A stretch of 59,254 bases of DNA, filler included, from Jimgerdemannia flammicorona (lineage: Eukaryota): the NCBI GenBank assembly GCA_003990765.1. It is 3 parts of 3 records of this genome, joined end to end, with 100 filler letters (N's around TTAATTAATTAA, not from the genome) between each part and the next. Parts side by side here need not be neighbours in the genome. Positions count along the whole stretch, not along the records: positions 39,575 to 59,254 come from RBNJ01001875.1; 2 more parts are not named here. The stretch is one strand, 5' to 3'. Position 1 is the first letter of the stretch. Each line of letters opens with the position of its first letter. Under the pieces are notes generated by a model. It saw only the letters and a program-made list of their open reading frames with translations, did no database searches and was not told where the DNA came from. The position numbers and the translations under genes are program-made. Positions 48,839 to 59,254 of this stretch are shown here, piece after piece.

Positions 48839-50845
48839 CAAAGTCTTCAATGAAGATCAGGATTGACTCTTCAGTAGTATATCCATAAAATATAGGGGGA
48901 TGTATTTCTATCTTATCTTGAATTCTTGTAGGGGTAACTCTTATAGTCAGAGTAGTTATTGTGGAGGTTGTTCATTTTTCAACTTGAAAGTGAGAGATTC
49001 ATCTTGAATCACCAGCCAATGGGCACCAAGTTGTCACATAGTAGTTGCTGAGTCCTTCAAATATACCAGATTTTCTTCAAGGTATATCTCTTAGACTAAC
49101 TCAAGTTTGTTATAAGCAAGTTCTTATTGGAGTATCTTCCCAAGGTCTTATAGTCCTCAAACTTCTTATCTTTAACTATCTTGTTATCTCTTAGATTGCT
49201 TGTAAGGAAGTGTATATATTGTACTAAGTTAACTGACTTTATTTTAGAGGAAATAAGAAGAGTATTTATACAAAATATAATTCAATAGTTGCTAAGATAT
49301 AAAGCTAAATATAAATTCCAATAACTAAAATAAAATGCCAGAATAGAAAAAACTGTAAAGTTCCAGAGTTAGCACTGATGATTATATAGGTTCAGGATGC
49401 TGATATAATTCAGTATTACATCAGAATACCAGTGCTGGCATTATTCAGTGTTATATCAGAATGCCAGTGCTGGCATTATTTAGTGTTATATCAAAATACC
49501 AGTACTAGTATTATTTAGTATAACTAAGAGACTTAGAGCAGAATGTTCAAGATCATAGGGGCATCATCATCAGAGGTCAGAATATCTTCGAAGGAGATGA
49601 GGTCTATGAATTTGTTGTCATCACATAGATTATATGTTTCATATACTTTGTACATGTCACACATCTTGCATATGTTATGTGGGATGATATCATTGCTGAT
49701 GATGTTATCACATTTAGCAGCAGAGAAATTGGGGGCTCTCTAATCTATGAGGTTCTCTTCTACAAAATAGGGGACAAATGTGGGATCTTGGGGGAGTCTA
49801 ATCTAGATACTTAGACCTTGGAATACTGAGATCAATCCTTGCAGAAATTGGTCTGGGTTATCCTGAAGGATGAGATACCAGAAGTCTTCTACTTTGTCAC
49901 TGTCAAGGGTGATAGTGGACTAGGCTTCTGTAGTCACCCTGGCTTCTAGTGCATTGATACAGTAGACTGACAGATCTCTGAAGTCTGAGACTCTAACATA
50001 CTTCAAGTTGAGGATTAACTATGGTGCATGTCTAAAGATCTGATGAATCTTCTTAGCTGTCCTTATTTCATATATATCTATGAGAGTGGCATCTTGTAAC
50101 TCTTGAGTGCTGGTCTATGGGAACTTTCAGTAGGGGAGATTTCCTATTTTGTACTCCTGCTATATTTGGAGGCATTTAGTAGTAATAGTGATCCTTATTT
50201 CCATTTTACAGTGATAGAGGATATAGTGATAAGGGTCAGCAGTACCTAGATTGACACTAGGAGTCCTTCTTGTGTAGGTCCTCATAGCTCTTCTGATGTC
50301 TTAGAACATCCTTTCTTTGACTGAGGTACTTTGGTAGTTCTTTGATCTTGATGTTTAGCAAGCAATAGGCATTTTGTTTGTAGTAAGTCTTTGAGCTATT
50401 TTGGGATTAGTGGGTCTTATTGGTTGCTGCTACTGTGGTTCCTTGATCCTTCTTTTATATTCCTCAAGATACTATACTGTAGTTACAATGACTCACAGTT
50501 GGTCATCATTGCTCATCTCATATGCCATATGATCTTCTTGTGCTCTAATCTGGTAGCTTGTAAGTAAAGGCTATCTCCTGTACTGATGTCATCATTTTGG
50601 GGTCACTATTACAATAGTAACTATATTTAGTAATTATATTTAGCAATTATATTTATAATAAATATACTTATAGTAAATCTTACTTACAGACTATATTTAA
50701 CATCTATCATTTGTATTATAGTCATAGAAGCAAAAGGAGCAATGAGGCTCTATTGTTTTGTGAATCTAACTTCTTTATTTTTCTATTATATATTAGAAAT
50801 TAGGCATCCTCAACTGTAATTCAACAATAGTGTTAAAATGTGATA
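48839..50845 (-). mobile_element. Gypsy family C 5' part: LTR containing ORF-X, PBS-like site, gag start
   Basis: ...GTGACA (49032) ACT TGGTGCCCATTGG; gag-like HPPIFYGYTTEESILIFIEDF at ~48845-48905; ORF-X ~49520-50600; 35-bp tandem repeats 49396-49520; outer LTR boundary uncertain. Confidence 0.6.
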
Positions 50846-52248
50846 GAGTTGGTAAGCACTTATAGCTAAGAAATGATGTGTCTGTGAGTTTGCCAGACTT
50901 TATTGGGTGGAGCTGTCCTTAACAGGGCACCAGTTTGGACATGTGAAAGGCAGCTTGACTAGTAATGGCCAATGTTGTCTATCTGTATCCGACTTCAACC
51001 ATCCGGTTATAAAAGAGTAAACAAAGGTGGAGTAACGTCACGCATCGAAATCTTTGTGCATTTATCATGAGTTCCCCCTCTGAGTTTACTATCTCTCTAT
51101 CTCCATCTCTTTTATTGCCAGCTTAGAGATTAAATGTATTGGCAGGTTGATGAACTCACAGCACGACATACCATGACACTGTACACGTTTCTCTTCCTCT
51201 TCTCAACTATCCTATATTCGCCTTCGAGGGAATAGCTGCTGTATATCAGAATATATGAAGTAGATTTTGCCAAGAAAAGTACATGCGGCATTCAAGCTGT
51301 CTCCAACATCCGCCTCTTCTTCCCTCAAGGCAATTTGTAAAGATAACATAAGAATTCCAGAGCCCGAGCGCCCTCAACTAAACCTACCTTGATGGCAATA
51401 CAGGCCACAAACCTTCGCTAGTGTCAACCGCACATCATAAATAACTTGATAGCAAATTTTTCCTTTCTCATTAGTCTATGCATAACGTTGCTGGAAAGAC
51501 CTCCCAAAGTAACCAATGCACATCTACATCGCGTCTTATCTTTCATCGTTCCTCTCACATCTATTCCTTCCGTATCCCCTCCCCCATTTCCCAACAATCC
51601 ACAATCCACAATCCACAATCCAAACTCACCTTCCTCCGCCATCTTCTCGTAACTCGCACCTGCTCATTTCGTAAATACTTATGAATCATAATTTCTTTCA
51701 AGGATTCCGATTACAAAAGCCGTAGTAATAACGGCACAAAAAAAAAAGAAAAAAAAACCCCCCCCCCCTCCGTTGTTTGCACGCCAAAAACGCACCTTGT
51801 TAGATTATTCCATACATAAACCACGATGAACCACCCCATCCGTTCGTTCGACCTTAGAGAAAGTTTGCAGTTAGATGAGATGAGCGACAAAAGCAAAACC
51901 ATCGGATTATAGCAAAAAGTATCAGATCGTAACAAAAAATATGAGATCATTTCAACATATTGCGAGAGTTCAAATATAGGTATATACGAAGAGTTCACTA
52001 TTGTCCCTCAAGGCTTGCGCCTGCGTGCGACGGGCAATATTTCCCCTCAACAACTATTCAAGTTGCTACGCCCATCGCGACCTACGCTGCACGATGAAGT
52101 GTTTTGGCCACAGCACGTCCTCCCTTCGACTCATCACGCCCGCCATACCCGCCACAGTCAAGCTAGACAGACGTCATGCCCTTCCTACCTCTCCTCGAGC
52201 ACGCCACCACCTAAACCTCCATCGTCCCAGCCGACTCCAACTCACGCC

Positions 52249-53986
52249 TCAAGCCCCCTCCATCGCCACCTCCCTCCCCTCCACTTCAACCCCTCTACCA
52301 CCTTCACCCTCACCCAACAGCATCTCGGCAGCCTTATCAAACCCTACCCAGCACACGAGCGGGGTTGTCCCAAGCACGTACTGTGTGCGTCGGTTGTAGA
52401 GCAGCAGACCGTCGGGTCGGGTCGGGTAGCCGCATTGGGCCGGGTCGACAATCAGCGAGCGGAGCTGGTCGCGGTGCGCGTCAAAGGCCATTAGCGGGCG
52501 GAACTTGTAGAAGGAGTTGGCGGCCGTCGGGCGGTCCAGTTCGGAGAATTTGGCGCTGAGCCAGTAGAAGCTGGTGACGGAAGGGGAGATGTTGGAAAAT
52601 GCCGATTTTCCCGGAGACAGGGATTAAAAGAATGCATGAAGAAAATAAAAGCACATACCGGAACTCTGTCTCACAGTCGTACACGGGGTGTCCCTTCCAG
52701 CACATCATGTCGAGCACGTAGTAGGTCAGGTGCACCGGATCGAATACGCAGTCGAGGATGCAGTAGTCAGCGGAGCGGTTGCCACGGTAATCATGCGAAC
52801 CTGCGGGGAGGACTGAGGAGAAGGTGTTGAATATACGGCCTGTGTGAAGGGAGACGGAGTGGAGTGTTAGACTTAGATGCTAGAAGAAGCGTCATTATGT
52901 GTGGATGGCGAATGAAGGTATGTGACTTACCGTTGCGCAGTCGGGCTATGGTCTTGCCTGTGTTCGTGGGATATGGAAGCCGTGGAGATTAGATTTTCAA
53001 TACGCTGCACGCTACCTTCCCAACTGCTTTTCACAACCCCCCATGACAATCACAATGGATGAATTGAAGGATTACCGTTCGCGGAGGTCACAAGACACCT
53101 CTTCCCCACGGGGCACATGACCACGAACCAGTTCTCGTCCAGGTCGCTGGGCACCTCGGTCATCCATTCGGCATACATCACCTGGTTTCTATATGCATCG
53201 AGAGGCGCGAAGAAATTTGTCGCGCAATTGTCAGTCAACACTATTGTGAAATAAAGACAAAAGCAACTTGAATGGCAATTAAGAATCCTTGGACTCACGC
53301 GTAAGGGCTCTTCTTTTTCCGCTTCTCGCCGCCCCTAAACCTTCCCTTGCTTTTCAGCTTCTTGGCCGCCAGCCGATCCCCCTCATCAACACCATCTTCA
53401 CTTTCTTTGTCGTCCTCATCCTCAAACCTACGCTTCCCGAAATTGCCCTGAACAGGCTCTGGCTCTCCCTCTACTTCCTCCTCCTCCTCCTCCTCCTCTT
53501 CCTCCTCTTCTTCATCGGGGACAGGTTCGGTAGCTTTGAAGAGCGCAATCCGGCGGGCATGGTCCGTGAGGCTCTTACGACTCTAGAGGCGACGGGGGGA
53601 AGTCGGATCAGAGTCTATGAACGAATCGAAAAGGAGAAATAACATAGCCACGAGAGGTGACCAACCTCCTTCTGCCTCTCCAACGCTCGCTGGCGGCGGC
53701 TCTCTTGGCTCTCCTCCTTGCTCCTCAAAGAGGGCGTACGCGGAATCTTGAAGTCGCGCTGGCGATGGTAGCCCGCTGACGAGGATGGGCGCAGAGAGGC
53801 GGTCAGCAGTTGGGAGAGGTCATCGACGGTGGTGGCTGTGGCGGCAGTTGATGGGGGCGTTGGAAGCTGTGTTGGGATCTGCTCGGAGCTTTTTGTTGGA
53901 ATCGTGGCTGGGGCTGGCTCAAGGGCTGGGTCGGGGACTGGGTCGGAATTTGAGTTGGGGGCCGGATCGGGGACAGGGGCGGGCAT
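52249..53986 (-). CDS. SNUPN: Snurportin-1 (m3G-cap snRNP import adaptor), about 6 exons
   Basis: [24 protein letters not shown] (IBB-like); [11 protein letters not shown]...[20 protein letters not shown]...[29 protein letters not shown]...[15 protein letters not shown] introns. Confidence 0.93.
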
Positions 53987-54350
53987 GATTTGTCAAATGG
54001 AGTGGGAGTAGAGTGGTTGAGAGGGGAAGAAGACGCGCCACAAATAACAACTTGACGTGATAGTGACATCATCGGCATTCTCGCAACCCGAGAATTCGGG
54101 TGCCACACTACTACCATGATAATTACTGGTAGAGTCGTAAATCATAAATAAATGTTGAGCTAGATTTATAACACCCAAGACTTTTCTCAAATCAAAATCA
54201 CTCGTACTCCACCACTCCATCGGTTATGGGGAGTTATAAATTCCTTAGAGTTTATCTCAGATAGTCGAGGTCAACGAAGTCGGTGGCTACAGCGGCGGAG
54301 CAAAAGGAAAACCGTCACAACGAATAATACAAAACAGTTTCCTGTTAAAC
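53987..54350. promoter_or_regulatory. Short divergent (bidirectional) promoter region
   Basis: 364 bp between the two ATGs; TGACGTGA (CRE-like) at ~54053. Confidence 0.55.
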
Positions 54351-57789
<3,439 letters not shown>

Positions 57790-59254
57790 ATGCCACATAA
57801 TGTCGGTTTCTGATGGTTTTCGAGCATATCAAGTGCGGTGTCTTGCAAAAGGGTGGCACGTGTGGTGGTTAGGGGTTCGCCTGGTGTGAGTGGGTTCGTG
57901 TTTTGGAGTGGGAAGGTGTGAGTTGAGTTTCGTGAGTCAAGGTGGGTAGGGTTGTGGAGATAGGAAGGTGGAATGAGGAGTTGTTGCTTTTTCAATTCAA
58001 CGACGTTGAAGACGGGGACTGATACGTTTTGAGTGTACCAAACCGGAAAGCTGGTGGGCAATTGAACTCCCATGTTTCAGCAATGATTTTTTTTTTTTAT
58101 CCTTTCACACTATGAACGTTCTCAGAGTCCTTCAGTGGTTCGTAACCACCGGATTCAGGTCGTTGGGGACGACAGATGTGGATGCAAGTCCCACTCGGGC
58201 GTTGTTTTTTTGTTTTTTGTTTTTTGTTTTTTGTTTTCTTTTTTTTTTTGGATTGCGTTCGCATGTAACCAACCATTCGCTAGTTAGTCCTTGCAAAATA
58301 TCGTACAGGTTGGATAGGGCACATTAACGTTTGGCTGTTCGTTGGGAATTTTGAAACCGCCATATGAATTGAGACGAACCGTGTTGATACATGATCGGAA
58401 ATCACGAAGTTTTGAACCTAAACAGCCAAGGTCCAGGGTGTTCGAAAAGATAATTGTCTTGGAATGGTTGGGATGGTGGATTAGAGATAAGAGCCAAAGC
58501 ATCATGTAGGAAAGGCGGATTGACTGGCAATTTGAAATTCGTGCTTAACCGACGAGTGGACGATGATGAAAGGGAGAAGGGCGAACGTGTGTAGCTCTTG
58601 TGGGCAAAGGGTGTCATATCTATGGCCTCAGTCAACAGCCCCTCAGCCTCGTGTACGGTACGTCCCCGTCATTCCGACACGGAAAAGGCACATGATATCA
58701 CAAACCTATCGACCTCCACATCCGATACACCCACCCCAATCAATGTGACGCAAAGGCGAGCGACGAACGGAAAACCCCTCTTGTTATAGGGTACATAAAA
58801 TGATCGATTACGTGGGCATGAGGTACGACTTCCCCCGCCTTTAAGATTGCATGGTTACTGACAGGTAGAGAAATATGAAAAATAACCTGAATGGGATGTG
58901 AAATGGGGGTTTTACAAATAGGGGTCAGTGATGAAAAAATTACACATAGCAAATAATGAAAAGAATCGAAAAAGGGAAGAACAAAGTCCGAAAACGAAAA
59001 CGATCACACGCACAACGAAACTTGCGTACCTACATTTTAAACCAACTCAAACGTCCCGCATGTCACGTCACATTCCCGCGACGGCGCGCAAACAATGGGA
59101 CCACAACCACGGAGAAGCAGAAGCACTATATCAAAAGATGGGATAATGCGTACATGTATAAGACGAGACGAGAGGGAGAGAAGGTTGGGGGGAAAGCAAA
59201 CAAACGCAAACAAAGACAAATGCAATAGAAAATATGAACGACAGGACGAAAAAA

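Noticed and set aside
49396..49520. 35-bp repeats resembling a CRISPR array (likewise 4876-4975 and 36645-36780)
   Set aside because: Contiguous tandem units with no unique spacers, no cas genes, eukaryotic TE context.
50950..51700. Possible small spliced gene on the minus strand (MAEE|GTGAGT...)
   Set aside because: Splice-like signals are present, but I could not build a consistent reading frame or recognise a product.
58100..59254. Short ORFs downstream of DHX33
   Set aside because: No recognisable motifs; most likely UTR or intergenic sequence.

Overview
Eukaryotic, very probably fungal DNA. The intron-rich genes and the L1/chromovirus content suggest Mucoromycota, but that is an inference. 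Three contigs are joined by artificial 100-bp spacers (N44-TTAATTAATTAA-N44 at 19690-19789 and 39475-39574). Positions 1-~50900 are a nested, heavily C>T/G>A-mutated, CpG-depleted transposon block. It contains at least four Ty3/Gypsy LTR-retrotransposon families (called A-D here), four L1-clade LINE copies plus fragments, four copies of a ~1.1-kb non-coding poly(A) retroposon (three with TSDs), and two copies of a hAT DNA transposon carrying a second, unidentified gene. From ~50950 the DNA is CpG-normal and holds two divergently transcribed spliced host genes, snurportin-1 (-) and a DHX33/Dhr2 DEAH RNA helicase (+). Highlights from hand translation: (i) an unannotated accessory ORF family (ORF-X) present in all four Gypsy families, either between pol and the PPT or inside the LTR, sometimes with a partner ORF-Y; (ii) dUTPase domains in two Gypsy families at two different positions; (iii) a SINE-like element sharing 5' and 3' terminal motifs with the local L1s. 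Boundaries of decayed elements are approximate.
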